Part shown: piece by piece, positions 1 through 10,673 of the stretch
How the letters are laid out: each line of letters starts with the position of its first letter
Position numbering within the stretch: the stretch's first letter is position 1
Origin: an uncultured Solirubrobacterales bacterium
GTDB lineage: Bacteria; Actinomycetota; Thermoleophilia; Solirubrobacterales; Solirubrobacteraceae
DNA: 64,000 nucleotides
Assembly: GCA_963695965.1 (NCBI GenBank)
Contig: CAVOIU010000031.1
Location: forward strand, 41,341 to 105,340
Direction: 5' to 3'
Position numbers and translations under genes: made by a program
Notes under the pieces: model-generated
Database searches by the model: none
Seen by the model: only the letters and a program-made list of their open reading frames with translations
What the model was told of the DNA's origin: nothing

Positions 1-298
1 CGAGCGCCGCGCGATGACTGAGCGCCTGCGAGATGAACCCGTTGTTTGGATCGATCGTCAGGGACCCGCCGAACCTCCCCGGCACGATCGCGCTGACCAG
101 GCCGCCGCGCGGCCCAAGTGGATTGGGGTCGAAGAAGTCCAGCAGGTAGGGGAGGTGCGCGAGCACCACGGCGCCCACGATCGCGAGCAGGGCCCACGTA
201 TCGGGTGAAACACCGGCGGCCCACGCCCTCACGCGTCCTGGCGGGCGCATCGCTCCGCTCGGCGCGCTGCCACCAGTTGCCTCGGCGCCCGCGTGCAC
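1..298 (-). CDS. Membrane protein, 5' part only (runs off the window); possibly YfhO/GT-C-like
   Basis: Hand translation of the minus strand is open from GTG 298 (or ATG 250) to the edge: ...VSPDTWALLAIVGAVVLAHLPYLLDFFDPNPLGPRGGLVSAIVPGRFGGSLTIDPNNGFISQALSHRAAL. It contains a hydrophobic helix. Not in the ORF track. Confidence 0.6.
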   Translation of the reverse strand, partial: MHAGAEATGGSAPSGAMRPPGRVRAWAAGVSPDTWALLAIVGAVVLAHLPYLLDFFDPNPLGPRGGLVSAIVPGRFGGSLTIDPNNGFISQALSHRAAL

Positions 299-441
299 GG
301 CGTCGCAGCTTATCCGGGGCCGGCGGGATACCCCTCGTCAAGACTTCGTCACGATTCGTACTGACGACGCTTTGCGCTGTCAGAATCGATGCTGTGCCGG
401 AGCCGTCGCTAACAACTCCCTACGATCATCCGGAAGGTCCG

Positions 442-1449
442 GTGGCCGATGCGTTCGAGGCGCGGATGCGGGCTCGCGAGGAGCGGGACCTCTCGCCGCT
501 GGCCGTCCCCTCGTATCCAGCCAAGCGCGCGCGCCCGGAGCGGGACTGTGGGCTTCGCACTCCATTTCAGCGCGACCGCGACCGGATTGTCCACAGCAAG
601 GCGTTCAGGCGCCTCAAACACAAGACGCAGGTGTTCGTCGCCCCTACCGGCGATCACTACCGGACCCGGCTGACCCACACCCTCGAGGTCACGCAGGTCT
701 CGCGCACGGTGGCGCGCGCGCTCGCGCTCAACGAGGATCTCGTGGAGGCGATCGGGCTCGGGCACGACTTGGGCCACCCACCGTTCGGGCACATCGGCGA
801 GGAGGTTCTCGACCGCTGCCTCACGGACCGGTTCGGCGAGTCGTTCAAGCACCACGAGCAGTCGCTGCGGGTGGTCGACACGCTCGAGCGCGACGGGCAT
901 GGACTGAACCTGACGATGGCCGTTCGCGACGGGATCGTCACCCACTCCGGACGGGCGCCTCAGCCGCTGACGATGGAGGGCAAGATCGTGCGGCTGATGG
1001 ATCGGGTCGCCTACGTCAACCACGACATCGATGATGCGGTGCGCGCCGGCCTGATCTCGCTGGAGGACCTGCCGGCGGCCCCGATCGAGGTCCTCGGGGA
1101 GACGGGTCCGCGGCGGATCGACACGCTCGTGCACGACCTCGTCGAGCATTCCGATGCGGCGGGCGACATCGTCCAGGGTGAGCTGATCGGTGGCGCGATG
1201 GCCGACCTCCGGGGGTTCATGTTCGAGCGGGTGTACCTCGGGCCCGAGGCAACTCGCGAGCATGCCAAGATTAAGCTGGTCATCGGCGCGCTGTTCAACC
1301 ATTACTGTGACCACCCCGAGGAAATTCCGGAGTCGATCCCGGATGGCGAGCTCTCGCGCAGGGTCACCGACTACCTCGCCGGCATGACCGACAGGTTCTG
1401 CATCCGTGCGTTCGAGGGGCTGAGCGTGCCGGTCGCCTTCGCTCCGTGA
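442..1449 (+). CDS. dgt: Deoxyguanosinetriphosphate triphosphohydrolase (HD domain)
   Basis: Motifs RTPFQRDRDRIVHSKAFRRLKHKTQVF, HYRTRLTHTLEV, HDLGHPPFGH and DYLAGMTD. Start moved to GTG 442, downstream of TACGAT. Confidence 0.93.
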   Translation: MADAFEARMRAREERDLSPLAVPSYPAKRARPERDCGLRTPFQRDRDRIVHSKAFRRLKHKTQVFVAPTGDHYRTRLTHTLEVTQVSRTVARALALNEDLVEAIGLGHDLGHPPFGHIGEEVLDRCLTDRFGESFKHHEQSLRVVDTLERDGHGLNLTMAVRDGIVTHSGRAPQPLTMEGKIVRLMDRVAYVNHDIDDAVRAGLISLEDLPAAPIEVLGETGPRRIDTLVHDLVEHSDAAGDIVQGELIGGAMADLRGFMFERVYLGPEATREHAKIKLVIGALFNHYCDHPEEIPESIPDGELSRRVTDYLAGMTDRFCIRAFEGLSVPVAFAP

Positions 1450-1459
1450 CGGTGGGCGG

Positions 1460-3244
1460 GTGACCCGTTATACGGCCGACTCCCGTGATCGCGTTCGTGA
1501 CGCGGTCGACATGGTCGCGCTGGTGTCCGCCCGGACCGAGCTGCGGCGAGCCGGCGTCAACAGCTACTTCGGTCTGTGTCCGTTCCATCAGGAGCGAACG
1601 TCCTCGTTTCACGTCCGCCCGGATGAGAAGCACTACCACTGCTTCGGCTGCCAGGCGTCGGGTGACCCCTTCGACTTCGTGATGGAGACCGAGGGGCTCG
1701 AGTTCAAGGACGCGCTGGAGTCGCTTGCCAACCGGTTCGGCGTTCAACTCCAAACCGAGGCCGAGGATCCTGCCGCCGCATCTCGCCGGGAGCGGCGAGA
1801 CCGCCTGCAATCGCTGCTGGCCAGAGCGACGGCGTACTACGCGCGCTACCTGGCGGAGTCGGCCGAGGCGGCCACCGCCAGGGAATACCTGCGCTCGAGG
1901 GGCTTCACCCAGCAGACCCTCGACGCCTTTCGGGTTGGATACGCGCCGAGCGCCTGGGACCGCATCCTGCTCGCCTCGCGCAGGGCCGGGTTCAGCGACG
2001 AGGAGCTGCTCGCCGTCGGGCTGGTCCAGCGGTCGAAGACGAACCAGGGCCGGGTCTATGACCGCTTCCGCGAGCGGATCATGTTCCCAGCCGCCGACGC
2101 GCGCGGGCGGGTGCTCGGCTTCGGGGCGCGCGCGATGCGGGAGAACCAGCTGCCGAAGTACCTGAACACGTCCGACGGCGAGCTCTACCACAAGCGCGGC
2201 GTCCTGTTCGGGATCGATCTGGCGCGGCCGTCGGCGGCCAAGGCCGCGAGGATGGTGCTGGTCGAGGGCTACACCGATGTGCTCGCGCTCCACCAGGCCG
2301 GTCTGACGAACGCCGTCGCGATCATGGGGACGTCGCTGACCGAGGAGCAGGTGGCCGAGCTCGAACGGGTGGTCGGATCCGACGGGGTGCTCGAGCTGTG
2401 CCTCGACGCCGACCGCGCAGGCCAGGAGGCGATGCTGCGCGCCGCGCGGCTGGCGGAAGGCAGCAAGCTCGAGTTGCGTGTCGTTCCGCTTCCGGAGGGG
2501 TTGGACCCCGCTGAGCTGATCGAGCAGGAGGGCGCGGATCGCCTGCGCGAGCGGGTAGAGGCTTCGGTGCCGTTCGTCGTATTCCACGTCGAGCGAATCC
2601 TCGAGCGGGCCGAAGGCGGTAGCGCAGAGGGGAGGGACCGAGCGGTCGCCGAGCTCGCCCCGGCGCTGAAGCTGCCGGCGACCGCCGGTGCGCTGCGCGA
2701 GGATCTGCTGCGGCGGATCTCGAACCGCCTCCAGCTGTCCGAGGGACGGCTGGCGGCGCTGATCGAGGCTGCGGGATCCGGGCAGGCCCGCGGGGCTCCG
2801 GCGCGCACGCCCGCCGCGGAGACGATCGATCCGGCCGTTCGCGCAGAGCGCGCGTTCCTGGTGCTCTGCATCGCGCTGCCGGAAGCGGGCCGGCGGTCGC
2901 TGGGCGAGATCGACCCGGACGTGCACCTGACCAGCGACCGCCTGCGGCGCGCGGCGCGCCACATCGTCGGGCAGACCGAGATGCCGCTCTCAGGTCTGGA
3001 CGATGAGGACGAGGAGCTGGGGCGGGTGATGGCCGACCTCGTCGCACGGGCGGGCCGCGCCGGCGAAGTCAGCCAGGCCCAGCTCGAGCAGCAGCGCCTG
3101 CTCCTCGAGCTGGCGCGGATCGAGCGTGCGATCCGCCGGGCGCGCGTGGAGGGGAGCTCCGGGACCGGTGACCTCGCCCGCGAGCGCGAGCACGTGCTGG
3201 AGGCGATCCACTCGATCGACTCCCACATCGAGAAGGCGGTGTGA
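1460..3244 (+). CDS. dnaG: DNA primase
   Basis: CHC2 zinc finger (CPFH..ERTSSF..YHCFGC), PKYLNT, and TOPRIM motifs VEGYTD and DADRAG. Confidence 0.97.
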   Translation: MTRYTADSRDRVRDAVDMVALVSARTELRRAGVNSYFGLCPFHQERTSSFHVRPDEKHYHCFGCQASGDPFDFVMETEGLEFKDALESLANRFGVQLQTEAEDPAAASRRERRDRLQSLLARATAYYARYLAESAEAATAREYLRSRGFTQQTLDAFRVGYAPSAWDRILLASRRAGFSDEELLAVGLVQRSKTNQGRVYDRFRERIMFPAADARGRVLGFGARAMRENQLPKYLNTSDGELYHKRGVLFGIDLARPSAAKAARMVLVEGYTDVLALHQAGLTNAVAIMGTSLTEEQVAELERVVGSDGVLELCLDADRAGQEAMLRAARLAEGSKLELRVVPLPEGLDPAELIEQEGADRLRERVEASVPFVVFHVERILERAEGGSAEGRDRAVAELAPALKLPATAGALREDLLRRISNRLQLSEGRLAALIEAAGSGQARGAPARTPAAETIDPAVRAERAFLVLCIALPEAGRRSLGEIDPDVHLTSDRLRRAARHIVGQTEMPLSGLDDEDEELGRVMADLVARAGRAGEVSQAQLEQQRLLLELARIERAIRRARVEGSSGTGDLAREREHVLEAIHSIDSHIEKAV

Positions 3245-3263
3245 GGACCGGCGTGCTCTCGCG

Positions 3264-3812
3264 CTAGCCGGCGAGGGTCTGGCAGGCGGGCTCCTTCTTC
3301 GCAGCCTGCTGGAGGGCAGGGCTGTTGAGCCCGCTGAGCCCGGTCAGGAGACCGCTCAGCGAGGTGCTGAGTTTCTGGTAGATCGACTGGGCTCCGGACT
3401 TGAACGCGCCTGCGCTGGAGGTCGAGAGCGCCTTGACCGACGCCTCGCTCTGCCTGAACGCGGAGCTGAGCTGGGTGAATGCGGCGACGATCGAGGATGA
3501 GATCGACTTGCCGTTGGCGACGTTCGGGGATCCGGCGTCCTTCAGCTTTGACACCGCGTCGTCGGCACCTGACACCGACGCGGAAACGAACGCCTGCAGG
3601 GCCGCCTTGCCGTGCTGCGGATCCTTCAGCGACGTCGCGCTGAGTGCGGTGCTCTTGTCCTGGATGTCCTTCCTGAAGGCGCCGACCGCCGTGCAGACCG
3701 ATTTCAGGTAAGCGGACGGGCTCACGCCCGAGGTGGACGACGACCCACCACAAGCGGCAAGCAGCGTCGCGGTGGCGAATGCCGCGGCTGAGGTTCTGCG
3801 GAGAGAAGGCAT
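3264..3812 (-). CDS. Hypothetical lipoprotein
   Basis: MPSLRR...TLLAAC-GG lipobox followed by a Ser/Ala-rich helical body. Start reassigned to ATG 3812. Confidence 0.75.
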   Translation of the reverse strand: MPSLRRTSAAAFATATLLAACGGSSSTSGVSPSAYLKSVCTAVGAFRKDIQDKSTALSATSLKDPQHGKAALQAFVSASVSGADDAVSKLKDAGSPNVANGKSISSSIVAAFTQLSSAFRQSEASVKALSTSSAGAFKSGAQSIYQKLSTSLSGLLTGLSGLNSPALQQAAKKEPACQTLAG

Positions 3813-3894
3813 CGGAGGGGGACCGTATCCCGAATCCGGGCCGCCGAAACCCTGGCCTCGGGGTGGTGACCCCGGTTTCCGTCCGGTGCCGAGA

Positions 3895-3908
3895 CGAACA
3901 TATGTTCG
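3895..3908. promoter_or_regulatory. LexA (SOS) box
   Basis: Perfect palindrome CGAACATATGTTCG matches the Gram-positive/actinobacterial GAAC-N4-GTTC consensus. It lies 24 nt upstream of the HNH gene ATG, and a GGAGAGG RBS follows it. Confidence 0.85.
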
Positions 3909-3932
3909 ATCCAACGGGAGAGGACATCGAAC

Positions 3933-4628
3933 ATGGACAAGCACTCACTCGAGCTGTTGCTCGAGCAGGGACTCAGCATCGAACGGATCGCAAAGCGGTT
4001 CGGCAAGGACCCGTCAACGGTCTCTTACTGGGTCAAGAAGCACGGCCTTGAGTCACCGTACGCCAAGAAGCACGCGGCGAAGGGTGGGATCGAGAAGGAG
4101 CGGTTGGAGGCGCTGGTGGAGGAAGGCGCCTCGATTACCAAGATCGCTGAGACCGTCGGCAGAAGCCACTCGACCGTGCGCCACTGGCTCGGCAAGTACG
4201 GGCTCGAGACGCAGCCAACCCGGCAACGCCGAACTGGCCGCGAGGCTCGAGCGGCCGGACACGTGGTCGTACAACGTAAATGCCGGCATCACGGCAAGAC
4301 TGACTTTTGGCTCGAGGGAAGAGGTGTCTACCGCTGCCTTCTTTGCAGACAGGAGGCCGTCGTCCGGCGTCGGCGGAGAATCAAAGAACTCCTCGTTCAG
4401 GAGGCTGGAGGCGCATGTGCCCTGTGCGGATACAAGAGCTGGATCGGGGCGCTCCACTTTCACCATCGCGAGCCTCGAAACAAGAGCTTTTCGCTTGCCC
4501 AATCCGGGGTTACCCGCTCGCTTGATCGCGCCCGGGAGGAGGCTCGCAAATGCGTGCTCTTATGCTCTAATTGCCATGCGGAAGTCGAAGCTGGGATCAA
4601 GATCGTGCCCACATCGGTTCCCGTGTAG
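3933..4628 (+). CDS. Tandem helix-turn-helix + Zn-finger + HNH endonuclease protein
   Basis: Two HTH repeats (SIERIAKRFGKDPSTVSYWVKKHGL and SITKIAETVGRSHSTVRHWLGKYGL), a CRHHG...CLLC motif, and a C-terminal HNH CALCGY...LHFHH...CVLLCSNCH. Confidence 0.88.
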   Translation: MDKHSLELLLEQGLSIERIAKRFGKDPSTVSYWVKKHGLESPYAKKHAAKGGIEKERLEALVEEGASITKIAETVGRSHSTVRHWLGKYGLETQPTRQRRTGREARAAGHVVVQRKCRHHGKTDFWLEGRGVYRCLLCRQEAVVRRRRRIKELLVQEAGGACALCGYKSWIGALHFHHREPRNKSFSLAQSGVTRSLDRAREEARKCVLLCSNCHAEVEAGIKIVPTSVPV

Positions 4629-4642
4629 CGCGACATGTGTGA

Positions 4643-4716
4643 TCCGGGGTAGCTCAATCAGGCAGAGCGAACGGCTGTTAACCGTTAGGTTGTGGGTTCG
4701 AGTCCCACCCCCGGAG
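4643..4716 (+). tRNA. tRNA-Asn (GTT)
   Basis: Acceptor stem TCCGGGG/CCCCGGA, anticodon arm AACGG-CT-GTT-AA-CCGTT, T-loop GGTTCGAGTCC. CCA is not encoded. Confidence 0.96.
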
Positions 4717-4747
4717 CTATGGACCCGCAAATAGCATTTCGCCGCTG

Positions 4748-5062
4748 ATGAAGCTCTACGTCTGTTACGGCACCTGGAAGCCCGCGCCCCGTCCCGGAGG
4801 CCATCCGTGCGGGACCGCCTACCACGCGCTCAAGGACGCCGGCTACGACCCCGAGGTGAAGCGTGCCTACGGACTCGCCGCGCTCCCCGAGGCGTTCAAC
4901 GCAACCGCCGGACGGCGCGAGGTCAAGCGGCTCACGGGCAACAACTGGGTCCCGGCGATGGTGACCGATGACGGGACCGTGATCCAGGGGTCGCGGGAGA
5001 TCGCCGCCTGGGCGCAGGCGAATCCCGCCGGCGCGAAGAGCTCGCCGGCCGAAGTGAACTGA
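4748..5062 (+). CDS. Glutaredoxin/GST N-terminal-like thioredoxin-fold protein
   Basis: HPCGTAYHAL...EVKRLTGNNWVPAMVTDDGTVIQGSREI carries the cis-Pro VP and GS motifs. Confidence 0.75.
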   Translation: MKLYVCYGTWKPAPRPGGHPCGTAYHALKDAGYDPEVKRAYGLAALPEAFNATAGRREVKRLTGNNWVPAMVTDDGTVIQGSREIAAWAQANPAGAKSSPAEVN

Positions 5063-5255
5063 ATGCGGGCCGCGACGATCGCGGAGCTGCAGGACTGGGA
5101 GCAGAGCGGCGCGGTCTGGCAGGCGGTCGAGGTCGACGCCCGAGCGCGCCGTCGTCGATCTGTGCACGTGCTCGGGAGAGCCGATGGACCGGGTTCAGAG
5201 CGAGGACCCACAGGTCATCGAGTTCGTGCAGGCGCACTCGGCCGCGCGCCCGTAG
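5063..5255 (+). CDS. Small hypothetical protein (one frameshift near 5140)
   Basis: Removing one C gives MRAATIAELQDWEQSGAVWQAVEVDAERAVVDLCTCSGEPMDRVQSEDPQVIEFVQAHSAARP*, with typical codon usage. Confidence 0.55.
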
Positions 5256-5259
5256 ACCC

Positions 5260-6468
5260 TCATCCCTCGACCGCCCCGTCGCGCGCCAGCTCCTCGACCA
5301 GGTCCGCGGCCCGGCTCGCGCCGTCGTGGGCGGCCGCCCACGCGCGCAGCTCCTCTGCCCGCGCGGTGATCGCCGGCTCCGCGAGCGCCCTTCGTGCCGC
5401 CAGGCGCACCGTCGCCGGCGCCAGCAGGCGCCACGGAAGCCGCACGCCCACTCCCGCCCAGTCCGCGCGGGCGGCATTCTCGGCCATGTCGCCCGAGTGC
5501 GGCACCGCGAGCACCGGGCACCCCGAGGCCAGCGCGCGCACCATCGTCCCATGTCCCGCGTGGCAGACCACCAGCGCACAGTGGGGCATCGTCCGCGAGT
5601 AGGAGACCCACTCGACCACGCGCGTGTTCGCCGCCGCACGGACCGGCTCGGTGAGCGGCTTGCGGTTCCAGGTTGCCAGCACCCGCACCGGCTCGCGCCC
5701 GAGCCCGGCCACCGTCGCGCGCAGCAGGCGGTGCTCGGGATCCTGGGCGGTCGAGGGCGCGACGAGGACCAGCGGCCCCTCTCCCGGCGGCGGCTCGACG
5801 TCGCCGAACGGGGGCTCCCACAGCAGCGGCCCGACGACGTGCACCGAATTCGGCCAGGTCCGTGGATATTCGAGCTGGGGAAGCGTGCCGACGATGCAGA
5901 GCCGCTCGCTGATCCCTCCGTGCAGCCGGGCGACGGGCGGCAGCCCGAGCCGGCGGCGGGTCTCGTTGAGCTCGGCGCGTCCCTGGCGCAGACCGGTCTC
6001 GACGAGGCTGTCGAACGCGCGCCACACCCTCGCGCCGACCGCGGTCCGGGGCAACCGGGCGCCGAGCGCGTACGGGGGGAACCCTGGCGCGCCGACGGGA
6101 TACACGTGGGGCACGAGCGTCGCGACCGGCACGCCCTCGAGCTCGCCCGCCATCGCGGGCGCCAGCGTCAGGATGTCGTGCACGACCGCGTCGGGGGCGC
6201 ACTCCGCTACGGCGGGCCGCGTCTCGGCGGTCGCCTTCACCACCGCTTCATACGGCTGGAGCGGCCGCTCGCGGGTCGGGAAAACCGGATACTCGGGGGC
6301 CTGGCACGAACCTCATCCCGGCGGCCTCCACGCTTCGTGCCTCCACCGCGTCCAGGTCTCGAGCGTGCGGTACCTCGTGACCGCGCTCGGCCAGCCGGGC
6401 ACCGAGTTCCAGCATCGGGAACGCGTGACCGGTGCCCCGAACGCCCCGAGAAACAGCCGGAAGCTCAA
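5260..6468 (-). CDS. GT1/MGT-type glycosyltransferase (frameshifted N-terminus)
   Basis: N-terminal FLGAFGxPGHAFP and C-terminal [22 protein letters not shown]. The TTG start overlaps the LLM gene stop. Confidence 0.8.
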
Positions 6469-7502
6469 TCCTGCGAGAGCTCTGCAAGGTGCGCAGCTGC
6501 TCGGCCCGGTGCTCGGTGGTGAACGCCATCGGCGCGACCATCAACGTCCCGACGCCCGCTTCGCGGTACGCCGCCAGACGCTCGCGAACGACGTCGCGCG
6601 GCCCGCACAGCGAGACCGCATCGACCATGCTGGCGGGTACCGCAGCAGCCGCCTCGTCCTTCTTCCCGGCCAGGTACAGGTTCTGGATCTCGCGCGCCTC
6701 GTCCTCGAACCCCTACTCGCTGGACGACCCGGTTGTAGAGGTTCTGCTCGCGGATCCATCCGCCGACGTACAGCGCAAGACCCGGCGCATCAGGTTCCGC
6801 GCTTCCTCGAGATCGTCGGAGACGCACCAGTTGACGACCGGTCGCGATGTCGAACCCGTCGAGCGACCTCCCCGCGCGGCGGCGCCCTCCTCGAGCAGCC
6901 CGCGGAACTCGCCGACGTGATCGGGAGAGAACAGCGTCGGGATCCAGCCGTCGGCGATCTCGCCGGCGAGCGCGGTGTTCTTCGGTCCGATCGCGGCGAG
7001 GTAGATCGGGATCCGCTCCTGGGCGGGCGCGATCATCAGCTTCAACGGCTTGCCTGGCCCGTCGGGGAGCGGGAGCTCGAGCGTCTCGCCGCGGGCTCGA
7101 CGCGCTCGCGGAGAGCGCCATCCGCACGACCGCGACGTAGTCGCGGGTTCGCTGGAGCTGGCGCGCGAAGCGCTGGCCGTGCCACCCCTCGGCGACCTGC
7201 GGTCCGGAGGACCCGATCCCCAGCAGCATCCGTCCGCCGGACAGCTGGTCGATCGAGGCGGCGGTCATCGCCGTCATCGCCGCGCTGCGGGCGGGCATCT
7301 GGAAGATCGCCGAGCCGAGCTTGATCGTGTCGGTGCCGGCGGCGAGGAACGCGAGCACACTGGCGGCGTCCGACCCGTACGCCTCCGCGGTCCAGACGGA
7401 GTCGTAGCCGAGCGCCTCAGCCTCCTGGACGGTCGAGAGCAGGTCTCGCGGCGAGGTCCCCATCCCGACTCCCCAGTATCCGAGGTACGCGCCCAGCTTC
7501 AT
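6465..7502 (-). CDS. LLM-class F420-dependent oxidoreductase (several frameshifts)
   Basis: [37 protein letters not shown] and [23 protein letters not shown] are spread over different frames. Confidence 0.85.
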   Translation of the reverse strand: MKLGAYLGYWGVGMGTSPRDLLSTVQEAEALGYDSVWTAEAYGSDAASVLAFLAAGTDTIKLGSAIFQMPARSAAMTAMTAASIDQLSGGRMLLGIGSSGPQVAEGWHGQRFARQLQRTRDYVAVVRMALSASASSPRRDARAPAPRRARQAVEADDRARPGADPDLPRRDRTEEHRARRRDRRRLDPDAVLSRSRRRVPRAARGGRRRAGRSLDGFDIATGRQLVRLRRSRGSAEPDAPGLALYVGGWIREQNLYNRVVQRVGVRGRGARDPEPVPGREEGRGGCCGTRQHGRCGLAVRAARRRSRASGGVPRSGRRDVDGRADGVHHRAPGRAAAHLAELSQD

Positions 7503-7620
7503 GGTGATGCAAATTTCCGTTCGTCGGGAGGGATCGGTTGTAAGGCAAGACGAGCGTGGTTACAGTCGCCCGACCGCTTGCCCAGGGCCGCCAAAGCCCG
7601 AGGCGCGTGGCCCAAACCCT

Positions 7621-8217
7621 ATGCGAACTAGGCGCCGAGCGACGATCGAGGACCTGCGGATGGCGGTGCAGTGCCTGCCGCGCGGCTCCCGGATCGCGAT
7701 GCTGGAGGGGCTGCGGTCCAACGACATCATCGTCGGTGCCTACACCAGCGACGGTGGCATCTGCCCGATGCTCGCGGCGCACCGAGCGGGTGGGCGGACC
7801 AACCTGATCTCGTTCGCAAAGAGCTGGGACCGATTCGCCCTCGGCGGCGCCCGCAGGACCCGGCCGCGGCGCGCGACCGAAAGGGAGCTGCGGGTGCTGA
7901 TCACGCACCTCGAGGCGAGCCTGCTCGACGAGGAGCTGCCGCAGACCGAGCTGGCGGCGGCGATCGCGTCCCACGAGCAGCTCGTCGCGCGGCGCGAGGC
8001 CGAGCGCGACCGCCCACGCCCGGGAGACCGCGACCGCAGCCGTGAGCTGGGCTCGCGACCGGGCTGGGCGTGGACTCGTCTGGTGCGCAGCTACAACGAG
8101 TACGAGCGAGCGCTCGAATGGCTCGAGCGCGAGGGCCGCTTGGCCGGCGAGCGCGGCAGCGTGGCCGGCGAGCGCGGTGGCGACGCGCTCGGCGAGCGCG
8201 AGCACCAGCCCGCCTGA
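7621..8217 (+). CDS. Hypothetical protein
   Basis: Coding-like ORF with IIVGAYTSDGGICPMLAAHR. No family recognised. Confidence 0.7.
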   Translation: MRTRRRATIEDLRMAVQCLPRGSRIAMLEGLRSNDIIVGAYTSDGGICPMLAAHRAGGRTNLISFAKSWDRFALGGARRTRPRRATERELRVLITHLEASLLDEELPQTELAAAIASHEQLVARREAERDRPRPGDRDRSRELGSRPGWAWTRLVRSYNEYERALEWLEREGRLAGERGSVAGERGGDALGEREHQPA

Positions 8218-8240
8218 CGCCCGTCAGCCACACTTCCGCC

Positions 8241-9065
8241 GTGAGCGAGCGCCCTCCGGTCTCCGTGGTCGTACCGTTCGCCGGCTCCGACGAGCAGCTG
8301 GCAGCGCTCGAGCTGGCGCTCGGCGCCCTCGCCGTGCGGCCGGGCGACGAGCTGGTCGTATCGGACAACCGGCGGGACCCGGTGCGCACGCCTGCCTATG
8401 CCCGCAACGGCGGGGCCGCGGGCGCGCGGGGCGAATGGCTCGTGTTCCTCGACGCCGACACGCGGCCGGACCCCGGCCTCCTCGATGCGTACTTCGATCC
8501 GCCTCCCGGCCCGCGGACGGCGGTCCTCGCCGGCGGGATCCGCGACGTGGCGCTCCGCGCCACGGCTGTGGCCCGGAACACCGTGACCAGGGCACAGATG
8601 AGCCAGCGATCGACGCTTCAGCGGGCCGGAATGCCCTACGCACAGACCGCGAATTGCGCGGTCCGCCGCGCGGCGTTCGACGCCATCGGTGGCTTTCACG
8701 CCGACGCCCGCGCCGGCGAGGACGCCGACCTCTGCTTCCGGCTTCAGCGCGCTGGATGGGAGATCGAGGAGCGGCTCGCGGCGACCGTCGATCATCGCGC
8801 CCGCGAGACGGTGGGCCCGTGGCTCGCGCAGCTGGCTCGGCACGGCAGTGGCGCCGCGTGGGTCGGGCGGCGATGGCCTGGCGAGTTCCCCGCCCCGGGG
8901 CCATGGCAGCTGGCGCGACGGCTCGCGCGCGACAGCGCCGACGCCGCAGCTTCCTTGTCCCGCGGGGATCGGGGGGCGGCGGCCGATGCGGTGTTCGACC
9001 TGATCGGTGCGCTCGCATTCGAGCTGGGAAGGCTGATCCCGAACACACGGCGACGCCGAGGCTGA
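8241..9065 (+). CDS. Glycosyltransferase family 2
   Basis: VSVVVPF, ARNGG, FLDAD and GEDADLCFRL motifs. Confidence 0.85.
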   Translation: MSERPPVSVVVPFAGSDEQLAALELALGALAVRPGDELVVSDNRRDPVRTPAYARNGGAAGARGEWLVFLDADTRPDPGLLDAYFDPPPGPRTAVLAGGIRDVALRATAVARNTVTRAQMSQRSTLQRAGMPYAQTANCAVRRAAFDAIGGFHADARAGEDADLCFRLQRAGWEIEERLAATVDHRARETVGPWLAQLARHGSGAAWVGRRWPGEFPAPGPWQLARRLARDSADAAASLSRGDRGAAADAVFDLIGALAFELGRLIPNTRRRRG

Positions 9066-9083
9066 AAGGATGGGCCGCTGATC

Positions 9084-10669
<1,586 letters not shown>

Positions 10670-10673
<4 letters not shown>

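Noticed and set aside
442-1449. dGTPase as an antiphage defence gene
   Set aside because: It is a short housekeeping-type Dgt in the common dgt-dnaG arrangement and is not in a defence island.
8141-8201. Short GGCGAGCGCG repeats at the end of the hypothetical gene
   Set aside because: They are in-frame low-complexity coding repeats (AGERG), not an independent element.
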